Source of the DNA: Enoplolaimus lenunculus
Taxonomy: Eukaryota
Reading direction: 5' to 3'
Assembly: GCA_030248215.1 (NCBI GenBank)
Contig: JASANG010003525.1
Span: forward strand, 372,001 to 436,000
Length of the DNA: 64,000 bases
Shown: one piece after another, positions 41,501 to 51,839 of the stretch
Layout of the letters: every line of letters starts with the position of its first letter
Position numbering within the stretch: the stretch's first letter is position 1
Position numbers and translations under genes: made by a program
The notes under the pieces: generated by a model
What the model was told of the DNA's origin: nothing
Seen by the model: the letters and a program-made list of their open reading frames with translations, nothing else
Database searches by the model: none

Positions 41501-44500
41501 TTTTTCGGTATTTACATAAGTTACAGATAACTGCCGTGGACTGCACTGAACGATACAGTGTCATGATTGCGATTATAAATGGCTTTTGATTGAAATATAT
41601 TATGTTAATAAACGAAAAGTGTTGCAATGTTATGTAATTCGCACGTCAATATGGAGAAAACTACATTACGTATATTGCATGTGAGTGTCAGCGGTAGAAA
41701 ATTTTACTATAATGGACCTCGTATAATGTTATAGTTTCGATTAGAGAGATTCAACGAAGTACTGTCTAGACTATTGAGGCAAAGGAAAGCCAACCTTCTT
41801 CTGCTACTTACATCTACGTTTACGAGCTGAAACCCATATTATCACAAATTTGCAACAACAAAAATTAAACCACGAACGTGGGTTTGAACGACGCCTATCA
41901 AAACTTGGATGTTTATTGGCCAAATCAATTAAAGTTGTTGATTTGCTCGTTCTTTTTGCAGCCCGACGATAGTGAATTGTTCGCAAATTGGATGCAAACT
42001 TTTCGCGCGGTGTGCAATATCGAGCTGAGCGCCAAACTAACCTGTCGCGCAATTGATTTGTTTCGAGTCGGATTTAAATTTGGTCGCTGGAGGTTATCAG
42101 GTATATAATTATCAACACAGTTCAGGAGCAGGGAATTTCAGTTGCGAAAAATGTAAAATATTTCGAAACGCAGCATTCTTTATTTCGTTATAATTCTATC
42201 CACCGGTAAGTATGAAGTATGTTTAATTGCAGTTTTAATTAAACTTTATATCGTGCGTGACGCACGTGGTGAGGTCCATGAGCCGCATCCGAATGACCCG
42301 TGAACTCTTACTCGTAAATGAAAAAGTGGGCAAAACAGTGTTATCGAAATTTTGATCAATCTCGTAACGAATCAACAGATTTATTTGTGTCTACAAGCCA
42401 AAATCATTTTTCAAATATTACATTGCACGTAGAAATCAAGTTTGTTTACTGTTACTACGTTTGACAAAGTTAGGCCACCAATAATTGTTTATTGCCATTC
42501 ATAGGTTCGCATTGCAAAATATGTCGCTATATATAAGTGTAAATGGTCCATTTTACAGTAAATGTCAAGTATCCGGCTGGTTTATACCAGTGTTCGGAAC
42601 CGGATTTGGATGTCGAGTTTTCGCTTAATGTTAACCTGATCCAGATATTTGCTCGCTTCCTTCATCAAAAATGACTATATTATTTGTTCGCAGATATTCC
42701 TGCGACAATGCTATTGACTCTAATGAATGTGGGGTTTAATGCACTCAAAACAACGAGAACTGACGCGTCAGCTGCAATGCTTGTTCTCATACACAAAACA
42801 CCACGTAAGTGTCTATATTTAGTGTTATGTTAGAACTTTTTTAAGTCTGCAAGTACAAAAACAATTTAATTTACAGTCAAACCTTAACCACCATAAACGA
42901 TTTTTAAAACAGTGGTTCATTCAGTGAATTTATTCAAACACAACTTCAACAAAGATAACAGTTTCTCATATCAGACACACTGATACACGTTCACAAGTGA
43001 AATTGGTAGTATTCAGTCTCATTGTTAAGTGCAAAAAGTATCGGCAAAGAATCAGCAACTTTTTGCGGGGAAAAAAGTGCGTTTACATAATTTTGAGAAT
43101 CCTGTTCAAAATATAGTGACCAAAAAATTTCGGCTCGCTCCTACAACTTATGCATATGCCATCCGCAAACAACACAGAAAGTTAGTTTACTGTTGTCCAA
43201 ACAACCTGTTGACTGAATGACAGCAAACATTTGCCACGCAGTGTCAATATTTTGTCGCTTGAAGAAATAATAAAGTATGTTAGTGTTTATGTCTATTGTT
43301 TCTATGCTTGTGCTTTAAATTGCACGCTCGTTATTTTGGTAGTTGTCTTTTAGAGATGCCGGGGCCCTGGCTCCGGTATGGTGGCCGGTGTCATACGGTA
43401 CCGTGGACGAAATCAGAAAAACATTTGCACATCTGCTCGAATGCTAAATGAAAAAGATTTAAACGGTTTCACTATATAGCAAAATATTGCTGTTGCGCTA
43501 ACTTGTTTTTAAACACTACAAGAACACTGTAAGTACGCAACGTTTTCTACGCATGCCTAGGCAAAATGTCACGTGACAATATATCATAAATACGGTACCG
43601 TACTCCGAGATACATGCATACGTGAAAGGTGCATAAAATTTGAAGCTTGGTGGTGTATTATGCTGGCCCCGGCCGCGGTACCGGGGCTCCGGCCACGGTA
43701 AAAATCCTGACCCCGGGATATTTTTTACTATATTATTGGATGTATATTACTGGCTTCTCCACAGTTTGAAAATTTCCGCCGGGGGGCGTTTCCTGGGGGG
43801 CAGCTAATTTTGCTGGGGGGCAGTTTTCCTGGGGGCCCCAGATGATCTGGGGGGTCCTGGGGGCAGGCTCAAAATTTTGCAAGCCGACTTTTTGGACCAT
43901 TTTTTTCTAGATCGTGTTTCCAACTCAACTGAAGATTACTCATCGCTCAACATGACAAAAATTCCCCGAAAACGCTAATAACAATAATTTTAACTAATAT
44001 TACTGACAACTTTACCAGAAGTTGAAAGAAGCACAATTATATAAAATATAGATAATCTATAATTGAAACTGTGATTAACATATATTTTATATATTAGTCA
44101 CAGCTTCAGTTTATCATAAGGCTCAGGCGGGTTGAACTTGTTGCTGCAAGGTACTTTCGAATGCTGTATGCCCTGAAACGGTCTTTATATAATTGTGCTT
44201 TTTCAGTTCATTATTCAATTGTACTAGTTACTACCGGTATTTGTAACGCTATTAAAAATTATGAGTACTCAACGTAATATAAAATCACATTTTGCCGAAT
44301 GTCCGCCTCAACAAAAGTCCAGGTCTTTATATTTTAACATTGAAAATTTTTGGCTTAGAAAAGTCCTGGGGGCCCCCAGCAAAAAAATTTGCCGGGGGGG
44401 CATTTTGCTGGGGGGGGGGCCGAAAATTCGCCGAGGGGCCTTTCCTGGGGGCGGCAAAATTTTCGCCGGGGGGGAAACCAAAAATTTCGAAAAGTGCTGG

Positions 44501-45966
44501 GCCCCCCGCTGTGGAGAAGCCAGTATTATAATGGAAGACTGTTCATATAATCAGCAGATGGCATTTGCTAGTAGATATGTGTAACTTTTGAACCACTGAG
44601 CTACAACCTGAAACTTCACTGAAGGCAGACGCATGTTTCTAAGCTAATTGTTTATGGAGATGTTTAGCTAGCTCGTTTACAAGCTTTATAACAATATTGC
44701 ACAATGCAGTATTATTTAGAATATTCAGTAGTTTGTTCATTGGTTGCTGCTTTATTTTAGGCTCAACGTTCACTCCAAATTCTCATGTCGTTTGGAACGA
44801 GTTTCTATCGCTATTGCTTGAGCAGTCTAACGTATTGCATGCTGTAAATGTTTGTGCTGCAATACTGGAGTATTTTGTCAACATTGCATTTGATTTGTGC
44901 GAGGTAAGTTAAAAGTAGAAATATCTGATTTTTCTGTTGAGATTTGATTGTTTGCTGCTTGCAAACATATTTACAAAATTATAACTGATTGTTACTAAGC
45001 CTACAGTGTATCGGTACTGCTACATGGTTGTTACGGTTAAAATTGTGACGCTGGTTGTAGGTACAGGAAGGTATAAGAGTGAAAAGAATCTTTGATAGGT
45101 AGAAATGCATAGATGTGCCAATACAGTTCAAGTAGGTAGATGTCACATATAGTGTTTTTTTATATTTGAACGATTTGTGAGAATTTGGTTAATATGAAAA
45201 TGCCGAAATGTAATGTAATTATATAATATCAAGCATGGGCTCCGATTATGTCGGAGACCAACACTTTTACCGGAAATGGATTTTGGGTTTTGTCACCGGG
45301 TTATGCCATTATTTATGTTCGTGCAAAATTTCAAGAGAGGTTTGTGAAAATTTGAGATAGCTTTTGTTAATGAAAATGGGAGATTTAACTTTGGATCATA
45401 TTCATTTTAAGGGTGTTGAATAAATTGCTTTTAAGAATGTAGCTGATTAAATTGTATACTGATGTACATTTTATATTTTCGAAAACCGTATTTTCTAGAT
45501 TGACATGGACAATTTCGAAAGTGAACGCGTATTTGATAAAAGTGAAAGCTCAGCGAATGCAGAAACTATATGCATGCTGCATTCAACAACACATTGTATC
45601 GTAAGTTGGGTGCTGAATTTCAACCACTCAAAGCAGAACCTGGACTGTAGTTTTAAGTCAGCCGAAACAAATGGGGCTTTGAGACAAGAAGATATGGGAC
45701 ATGTGTTTAGATGTATTCCTGGGATATGCGAACTTGTTGAAAGCTCGACTGATCGAATAAAGAAGATGACAGTTTCAGAAGTGCAAAATGTAGAAAAATT
45801 GATGCAACTTAAACGAGTGTGTAGCAGTGAAGTTCATAGACTGAAACAAAAGAATGGTGATATTGTTGAAAGCTGTTGTGGGTACTTAAATTGGACTGAA
45901 TTGGACCGCATTGCGTTCGCAGTATACGAGTCGGTGCTAAATGTTTTAAAATATTTCGATATTTAA
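11507..45966 (+). CDS. THADA: THADA / Trm732 (DUF2428 ARM-repeat tRNA 2'-O-methylation cofactor), 24 exons, about 1546 aa. Exons: 11507-11673, 11735-11796, 12012-12111, 13528-13606, 13792-13879, 14220-14413, 15346-15471, 16193-16265, 16469-16629, 19278-19433, 20063-20155, 20372-20498, 20991-22177, 22525-22739, 23024-23167, 23885-24143, 25127-25239, 25632-25699, 26109-26301, 26825-26999, 41962-42100, 42694-42804, 44761-44903, 45499-45966
   Basis: Diagnostic motifs LFPGANFGRR, SPEGYLP, LLVCCWRS.K, KHRGAFE, TRRSAGVP, VHARNVLRAL, WAIRNSS.LL.SALI.RIFG, EFFSRFP; C-terminal FDKSESSANAETI resembles the THADA tail. All GT-AG junctions are phase-consistent. The first two exons and the join across the 15-kb intron are less certain. 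Confidence 0.88.
17037..19083. mobile_element. Cluster of CAGGGTG-ended MITEs in a THADA intron: inverted pair (about 17037-17400 versus 18800-19083); element 18285-19083 carries a nested copy at 18413-18797
   Basis: Nested copy has perfect TSD GGTATCTT; outer family recurs at 57212-57613. Confidence 0.8.
27003..27225 (+). pseudogene. Fragment of a non-LTR retrotransposon RNase H region (LOA/Lian-Aa1-like)
   Basis: W-V-I-E-H-F-E-I-T-G-D-V-A-D-E-L-A-*-S-G...F-I-G-P-E-P-V-I-G and later LVTGHC follow the WVPGH.GI.GNE.ADELAR.G..F.GPEP..G / TGHC pattern. Confidence 0.65.
27275..27645. mobile_element. hAT-type MITE (TAGGGATG family)
   Basis: TIRs TGGGGATGTACCGA / TCGGCACATCCCTA; TSD AGTGGAAC/AGAGGAAC. 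Confidence 0.8.
31219..31510 (-). pseudogene. Degenerate THAP-domain ORF (transposon-derived)
   Basis: YCC... then RRRLA...R.D......SHFVTG......NPD..PS resembles the THAP CS.HF..G...PD.VPS signature; stops and frameshifts. Confidence 0.5.
31712..33371 (-). pseudogene. Maverick/Polinton-type protein-primed family B DNA polymerase with N-terminal C2H2 fingers; truncated and frameshifted
   Basis: MALKCVYC..SYTRSDNLYRHMESIH...FQCAIC..SFSEKDNLRRHM; GSGWVLDSI; PLKGSTYKSLP.W; N.CF; KVKDHCHL..RYRG.A..KCN; FHNL..YDGHLI; KGLYPYEYMDS; FYS.L..S.I...DYDHA. Confidence 0.85.
33421..33495 (-). promoter_or_regulatory. TATA + TCAGTT initiator promoter module upstream of the polymerase ORF
   Basis: AAGATTTATCATGCTGC...TATATAA-24nt-TCAGTTTCAT; near-identical module at 34595-34665. 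Confidence 0.65.
33858..34067 (+). CDS. Small Cys/His protein (CxxCxxxxxSQxxHxxxGGCL), probably a Maverick accessory ORF, 69 aa
   Basis: Intact intronless ORF preceded by TATAAAA (about 33790) and three AACCAAT boxes; lies beside the polB remnant. Confidence 0.55.
   Translation: MDSPEVVKQLVQILKNAVDSEIMEQPCTACTLVQRSQWAHMMFGGCLDDIRIDRITVENICDKLYIEYP
34196..34558 (-). pseudogene. Maverick-associated ORF MGNRTSSATYM*CCASDE...; 120 codons with one in-frame TGA
   Basis: ATG at 34558 just downstream of the TATA/TCAGT module; in frame with track ORF 34196-34468. Confidence 0.55.
34595..34665 (-). promoter_or_regulatory. Second TATA + TCAGTT promoter module
   Basis: AAGATTTATCATGCTGC...TATATAA-25nt-TCAGTTTCAT. 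Confidence 0.65.
34848..35193 (+). ncRNA. Candidate structured intronic RNA of unknown family
   Basis: Colinear ~37-bp terminal stem, internal hairpins and an 11-bp pseudoknot helix; mismatches are G-U compatible on the plus strand. Confidence 0.4.
36680..37530 (+). mobile_element. Tc1/mariner DD41D (rosa-type) transposon remnant; transposase core at 36864-37490
   Basis: WADEA / MHDGAPAH / RSPDLTPPDFFLW with 41 residues between the 2nd and 3rd Asp; right TIR AGTTACTTCTGAAATACCCGG followed by TA. Confidence 0.9.
37577..37845 (+). other. GC-rich exon-like segment ending in a CAG/CAA poly-Gln microsatellite
   Basis: TTTCAG acceptor at 37576, open frame TLPKNYNKLGARRR...FKQQQQ* to 37821; parent gene not identified. 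Confidence 0.35.
39460..39880. repeat. Low-complexity (TTTA/TTA)n tract
   Basis: Direct inspection. Confidence 0.9.
40490..41130 (+). pseudogene. Degenerate intronless C2H2 zinc-finger/coiled-coil ORF, probably mobile-element-derived
   Basis: CCQCAKTF...HFQRHMR; second finger FPCPNCNKYFKRADS..RRHEIASH is readable only across two frameshifts. Confidence 0.55.
41211..41386. repeat. ~30-bp C-rich minisatellite (CACCCCCACATTACCCCCACTGGGGTAAAACCG)
   Basis: About 5 diverged units. Confidence 0.85.
43750..44523. mobile_element. TA-flanked MITE with G-run-rich subterminal regions
   Basis: Perfect TIR CTGGCTTCTCCACAG / CTGTGGAGAAGCCAG with TA on both sides. Confidence 0.8.
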
Positions 45967-47571
45967 CGAGAAAGTAATGTATTAAAAATGGTGAATGTTT
46001 TGGCGGCTCTGTGTTTTATAGTCAGTGTATATAACTATGATTCGAAAAATTCTGAGTATATAGTGTAGTAAGTGCGAAAAACTGTCTTGTTTGGTCCTAA
46101 AGGGTCTGCCGCTCCCTAACCCCCAAGCAAGTTAATGGGGCCCTAAGCAGGACGGGGGTTACCGCCCCCAAACCCCCACACTAAGCAATTCAGTATTGGA
46201 ACACTTCTAATTGTAACGAAGTACTTTTAAACCTGTACTTTTGACGCTCGAAGGATTCGGCTTAGGAATATGCTTATACTACTGTTCTGGCTCTGTTCTT
46301 ACATGGGCCAATTTTTCTATACATGGGGGAGTGTTCCTTATGGTGGGGAAAAGCAAAGAAATTCCCATCAGGGTGTAAACGGATAGTAAAAATAACAGAA
46401 ACGGATATTGAAGTTTAAAAATATTTTATTTTTCTGCCAACCCAATTGAGGCATACACATATTCACCAGTTTTTCAAAAATATTTTCACGCGCTAAAATT
46501 ATAATTTACAAAAAATGATTTTTCCGACAAAATTTGCATTTTGCCGCCAAAATTTGAACTTTGCCGCCAAACATTGAATTTTCCGCCAAAATTTGAATTT
46601 CCCATACCGCCAAGATCTGTATTCCCGCCAAAATGCGAATTTTCCCGCCAAAATATGAATTTCCTCGCTACGGTGTTCTTACTGTGTCTATCATATAAAG
46701 ATGTTGTCCACTACACTGTTTTTCAAACATTTCAATGTCCTACAGTGTTTACTGCAAACCAGTCTTGGCCGGATAGTTTCCGTGAAACTATAATCTCCGT
46801 GACTGGCGGTGATACTATTAGAAAGTAAAGAGTTTCGGCCAATGTTACTTTAAAGGCCGTCCCATTTTCCCGGGACAGAAATGCACCAGGAGTACCCGTC
46901 CCGGTTTCTCGGGACAGCAACCAGGAGTACATTCCAAAATCATAATTGGGACAGCGGGATAGATGAGACAGTGGGACAGATGGGTCAGATGGGGCAGCGG
47001 GACAGTTGGGAGAGCGGGACAGATGGGACAGTTGGGACACTTATGACAGATGGGACAGATATATATGTATATATGTATTATAGATATACATATATAACAT
47101 ATATATGTGTATATATGTATATATAATATATATACACATATATACATATATATACATATATACCGGGTGTTTCAGAAGTAACTGCCCACTGTTTGATGCT
47201 AACTATCGGTTGACTGGGCAGAGGTAGCTCGCCTGTTTTTTGTATAATTATAGACAAGTATTAAAAGTTCAGTTACATTACGCCGAGAGATCTCAGAAAG
47301 GCGCCAAACGGAATTATGAGGAATACACAGCTGGAGGGAAGCCCTTCGAGTTGACTTCTGGGGGCTCCTGGATACCACAGTGCTTAATGCAGCTTTCAGG
47401 TCCCCATCACTTGTGGCAGACTTTGGACGACCCGGCCTCAGCCTTTCCGCTACACTACCAGTGTCCTCGAATCGGGAAATAATATTAGCCATCGTCTTGC
47501 GAGTAGGAGGTATTGAGTCGAAATGATTTTTCCACTGGCGTGAGACTTCGGCATAATTTCCGCATTTTTGC

Positions 47572-48680
47572 CCTGGGTTGGTAGGGAAAATCTGAAGCAT
47601 AGGTTTTGGTTGGAAAACGGGAAAAGTAGAAAATTCTAATGCCTGGATTTTTTCGCTGGGCTGGTAGGGAAAATTTGAAGCATACGTTTTGATTGGAAAA
47701 CGAGAAAAGTGGAAAATTCCAATGCCTAGATTTTTATCCTGGGTTGGTAGGGAAAACCTGAAGCAAAGTTTTCGGTTGGAAAACGGGAAAAGTGGAAAAT
47801 TCTAATGCCTAGATTTTTTCGCTGGGTTGGTAGGGAAAACCTGAAGCAAAGGTTTCGGTTGGAAAACGGAAAATTCAAGCGTAAGGCATAGGTTTTGGTT
47901 GGAAAACGGGAAAAGTGGAAAATTTTAATGCTTAGATTTACCATGGCTTAGTAGGGAAAATCTGAAGTATAGATTTTGGTTGGAAAACGGGAAAAGTGGA
48001 AAATTTAAAGGACTAGATTTACCTTAGGTTGGTAGGGAAAATGTGAAGCATAGGTTTTGGTTGGAAAATGGGAAAAGTGGAAAATTTAAAGGCCTAGGTT
48101 TACCTTAGGTTGGTAGGGAAAATCTGAAGCATAGGTTTTGGTTGGAAAACGGGAAAAGTGGAAAATTTAAAGGCCTAGATTTAACTTGGATTGGTAGGGA
48201 AAATTTGAAGCATAGGTTTTGGTTGGAAAACGGGAAAAGTGGAAAATTTAAAGGCCTAGATTTACCTTCGGTTGGTAGGGAAAATCTGAAGCATAGGTTT
48301 TGGTTGGAAAATGGGAAAAGTGGAAAATTTAAAGACCTAGATTTACCTTAGGTTGGTAGGGAAAATCTGAAGAATAGGTTTTGGGTGGAAAACGGGAAAA
48401 GTGGAAAATTTCAATGCCTAGATTTACCCTGGGTTGGTGGGGAATATCTGAAGCATAGGTTTTGGTTGGAAAACGGGAAAAGTTGAAAATTTTAATGCCT
48501 AGACTTACCCTGGCTTGGTAAAGAAAATCTGAAGCATAGGTTTTGGTTGAAAACGGGAAAAGCGGAAAATTTAAAGGCCTAGATTCACCTTAGGTTGGTA
48601 GGGAAAATATGAAGCATAGGTTTTTGTTGAAAAATGGGAAAAGTGGAAAATTTAAACGCCTAGATTTACCCTGGGTTGGA
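47572..48680. repeat. 81-bp satellite, about 13-14 copies
   Basis: Unit GGTTGGTAGGGAAAATCTGAAGCATAGGTTTTGGTTGGAAAACGGGAAAAGTGGAAAATTTAAAGGCCTAGATTTACCYTR; period 48031 to 48112. Confidence 0.95.
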
Positions 48681-49284
48681 AGTCAACGACGACCAAATTT
48701 GATATATTTATGTTTCCTCGGCTTTCCCGCCATAGCCAACAACGTCTTTAAAACAAATTAAAACTTTTTTACAACTTTAAGGCGTCACTCAAAGCGTCGA
48801 CTTTGTTAACAGACTTATGTTCTGATAATACTGGGCCACTCGGTGGTATCTTGTTTTGACCAATCTTGTGCTGGGACTATCATAATCTGATATATTTAAT
48901 AGTCATGTACCTATTATTTCGGGTAAATGCTCTGCTCACTTAGGTTTAACTGTATAAAGTAGATTTTGTTCATTGCACTGTTCCGCTCCGCGGTTCCTTG
49001 TTTTGACCAGTGTCGAAATATATTGCCTCTTAATTTGTAGGATGCAGCCGGAGGTGAAAAATGCCAAATTCGGAGCCGGAAGTGAACAAAAGTAGCCGGA
49101 ACCGGAGATGATGCCGCAGGTGAGGGAAAACAGGCGGAAAAGTTATTTAATTTTTAATTTTATCAATAATTTTAACTTCTTTTTCTTCCTTTCCTCTTTT
49201 CAAAAAACACCATCCCCCCCATCCCCCCCCCCCACCCCCCCCCCCCCCAACAAAACCCCCCCCCACCCCCCCCCCCCCCCACCC

Positions 49285-49740
49285 AAACTTCCCGTTTTCC
49301 AAACAAACTTTTACACTACAGATTTTCCCTATCAACCAAGGGAAAATCAAGGCGTTCAAATTTTCCACTTTTCCTGTTTTCCAACCAAAACCTATGCTTC
49401 AAATTTTCCCTACCAACCCAGGAATGTAAGCTTTTAAAATTTCCACTTTTCCCGTTTTCCAAACAAACTTTTACACTACAGATTTTCCCTACCAACCAAG
49501 GGAAAATCAAAGCGTTTAAATTTTCCACTTTTCCCGTTTTCCAACCAAAACCTATGCTTTAAATTTTCCCTACCAACCCAGGAATAATGTAAGCTTTTAA
49601 ATTTTCCACTTTTCCCGTTTTCCAAACAAACTTTACACTACAGATTTTCCCTACCGAACCAGGGAATATGCAGGCTTATGAATTTTCCACTTTTCCACAG
49701 CAAAACCTATGCCCGCGATTTTTCCTACCAACCAGTGAAA
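49285..49740. repeat. Inverted array of the same satellite with two alternating unit variants
   Basis: TTTTCCACTTTTCCCGTTTTCCAA...TTTTCCCTACCAACC; units alternate AAACTTTTACACTACAG and AAAACCTATGCTT. Confidence 0.9.
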
Positions 49741-51118
49741 AATCAGGTCGTCATACAGGAGTGGCTGCGATGCACTCCTGGTCGTAAGTTTTCCACCCTG
49801 GAAAAGTGGAAGCCCCTGATCTATACATGGGCCAAGTTCTACAACACAGATTTTTTCAGGGAGAGATCGTCGTGGAAAATACATGGTATAAACAGTATAT
49901 ATTTATAATAACCTGAAATATTAAAAACAGCGATAAACAACCATTGCGAAATATTACGCTAGAAGATATTGATTGATAAAGTGTGGGTAGTTACTTCTGA
50001 AACACCCTGTACACACATATATGTGTATATATGTATATATTATATATACCTACGTAAACATATCTGCCTGTGCATATGTAAACAGGAGCGCATAAGTGTG
50101 CACTCCGGGTATATTTGTGTCCCGGGCAATTGGGACGGCCTTTATAGTAACATGGGCCAGAGTTTCGATAAAACATAAACCGGACAAGCTATTGATTTTC
50201 TTTTAAGGGAACATTTTGTGTGTCGAGCGCACGTAAACGTGTCAGTGACGTTAAATTCTGAAAAAATGCTTTAAATTCTGATGCAAAGTTAAACGTTTCA
50301 TTTATTTAAAAATTTGAGCCAATGTAAATAACAGGGCCGTAAAAGTAGTATAAGAGTATTCCTGAGCCTAACCCAAAACCTAAGGATATGTTATACTTGA
50401 ACCGAAGCCTAGCAAAAAATGTTACATTCGTATTTGAATTCAAATGCTCCCTAATATTCCTGAGCCTAACCCAAAACCTAAGGATATGTTATACTTGAAC
50501 CGAAGCCTAACAAAAAATGTTACATTCGTATTTGAATTCAAATGCTCCCTAATAGATATCACCACTGTGGCCCCTGTCCCCATTGTTATGATTGTTCCCG
50601 CTGTCCCAATTGTCTTTTTATATGCCGAGTACACACAACATCAGTTAGATGCCCCGTTTAGTAACACTTTGCACATTTATTTAAACAAAGCAAACGATAC
50701 GAGTGAGCTCATTAATTTAAGACCAATTTAGTTAAATTTGAAAGACAATAAAAGAACTTCTATATTCAAAAATCCTATTTCGATAACACATAACAGACGA
50801 ATACACTAAATTCCTATTGCACCGCTTAAACACTTCCGTGGTCTGTCTTTTTGGAAAATATACAAGATCAAGTTGACTTGCGTATAATTCATAAAATATG
50901 CCGTTAAAGTGCTGTAATGATTCAAATAAGAGGTGCGACATATTTATCTCGCCTATTCTTATAGTGTCTCCTGTAATTTGGTTGCGGGATGTTTTTAATT
51001 TTTTAATCAATCAAAGTGCGTTGGACCCAACAGCTTTGTTATATTCTTTCTTTTGGGCAGAACTAGACTTCCTGCGAAGCGTTTTTGATTACTGTTGAAG
51101 ATGCTAAGAATGATTTAA

Positions 51119-51839
51119 CCCCTTCTCCCATAGAGTTGACTATGGGCAACTCAGCGCAGTGTATACACGTTAAATAATATATATCGCACAGTGTTTAACA
51201 ATTGTAACACGTATACATAGTACTAAATCACCACAAGACGTGAGAGCCCCCTCGGGCTCGAGCGTCAAGCTCCTATAGCTGAGTGGTGATGGTATACGCC
51301 TCCCACTCCAGTCACTGGAGTTCGAATCTTAGCATAAAAGTAGGTCTCAGATGAAATAGAAAATATTCATGTGATAAATGGCTAAACTTGATGCAATGCA
51401 AATAAGGAGGCAAGGGTAGATGTCAGTTCTTCATGGGCGGAGGACATATATACACTTCTGGCTGTTTTTTGTGTATTGTTTCGGGTTAGCGATTGATCAG
51501 CCGTAATTGGCTTCAGTTTCGTCTTTCTCGGTTGTTTTTTTAGTTTTCAATTCCGGAAACGTAACAATACCATGTCCGTTGATATTTGTTCTGGATTTAA
51601 CCCTTTCCTACATGAATATTTTTTATGCTAGGATTCGAACTCCAGTGACTGGAGTGGAGGCGTATACCATCACCACTCAGCTGTAGGAGCTTGACGCTCG
51701 AGCCCGAGGGGGCTCTCAAGTCTTGTGGTGATTTAGTACTATGTATACGTGTTGCAATTGTTAACACGGTGCGATATATATTATTTACCGTATATACACT
51801 GCGCTGAGTTGCCTATAGGCAACTCAATTTGAGAATGGG
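51119..51839. mobile_element. piggyBac-type non-autonomous foldback element with ~220-bp TIRs
   Basis: TTAA|CCC...GGG|TTAA ends; 51119-51339 is the reverse complement of 51620-51839. Confidence 0.85.

Larger units (their letters stand above)
47163..50009 (-). mobile_element. Internally deleted DD41D element inserted in a (TA)n tract
   Basis: TIRs C(C/A)GGGTGTTTCAGAAGTAACT at both ends; transposase N-terminus (FEDTGSVAERLRPGRPKS) at 47280-47570, same family as 36680-37530. Confidence 0.85.
46848..50147. mobile_element. TA-flanked TIR element hosting nested insertions
   Basis: TIR CTTTAAAGGCCGTCCCATTTTCCCGGGACA versus reverse complement CTATAAAGGCCGTCCCAATTGCCCGGGACA; TA flanks. Confidence 0.8.

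Noticed and set aside
41878..45966. Separate unknown gene
   Set aside because: No convincing start; exon phases and motifs fit the THADA C-terminus
47572..48680. CRISPR-like array
   Set aside because: Contiguous 81-bp units with no unique spacers; eukaryotic context, no cas genes
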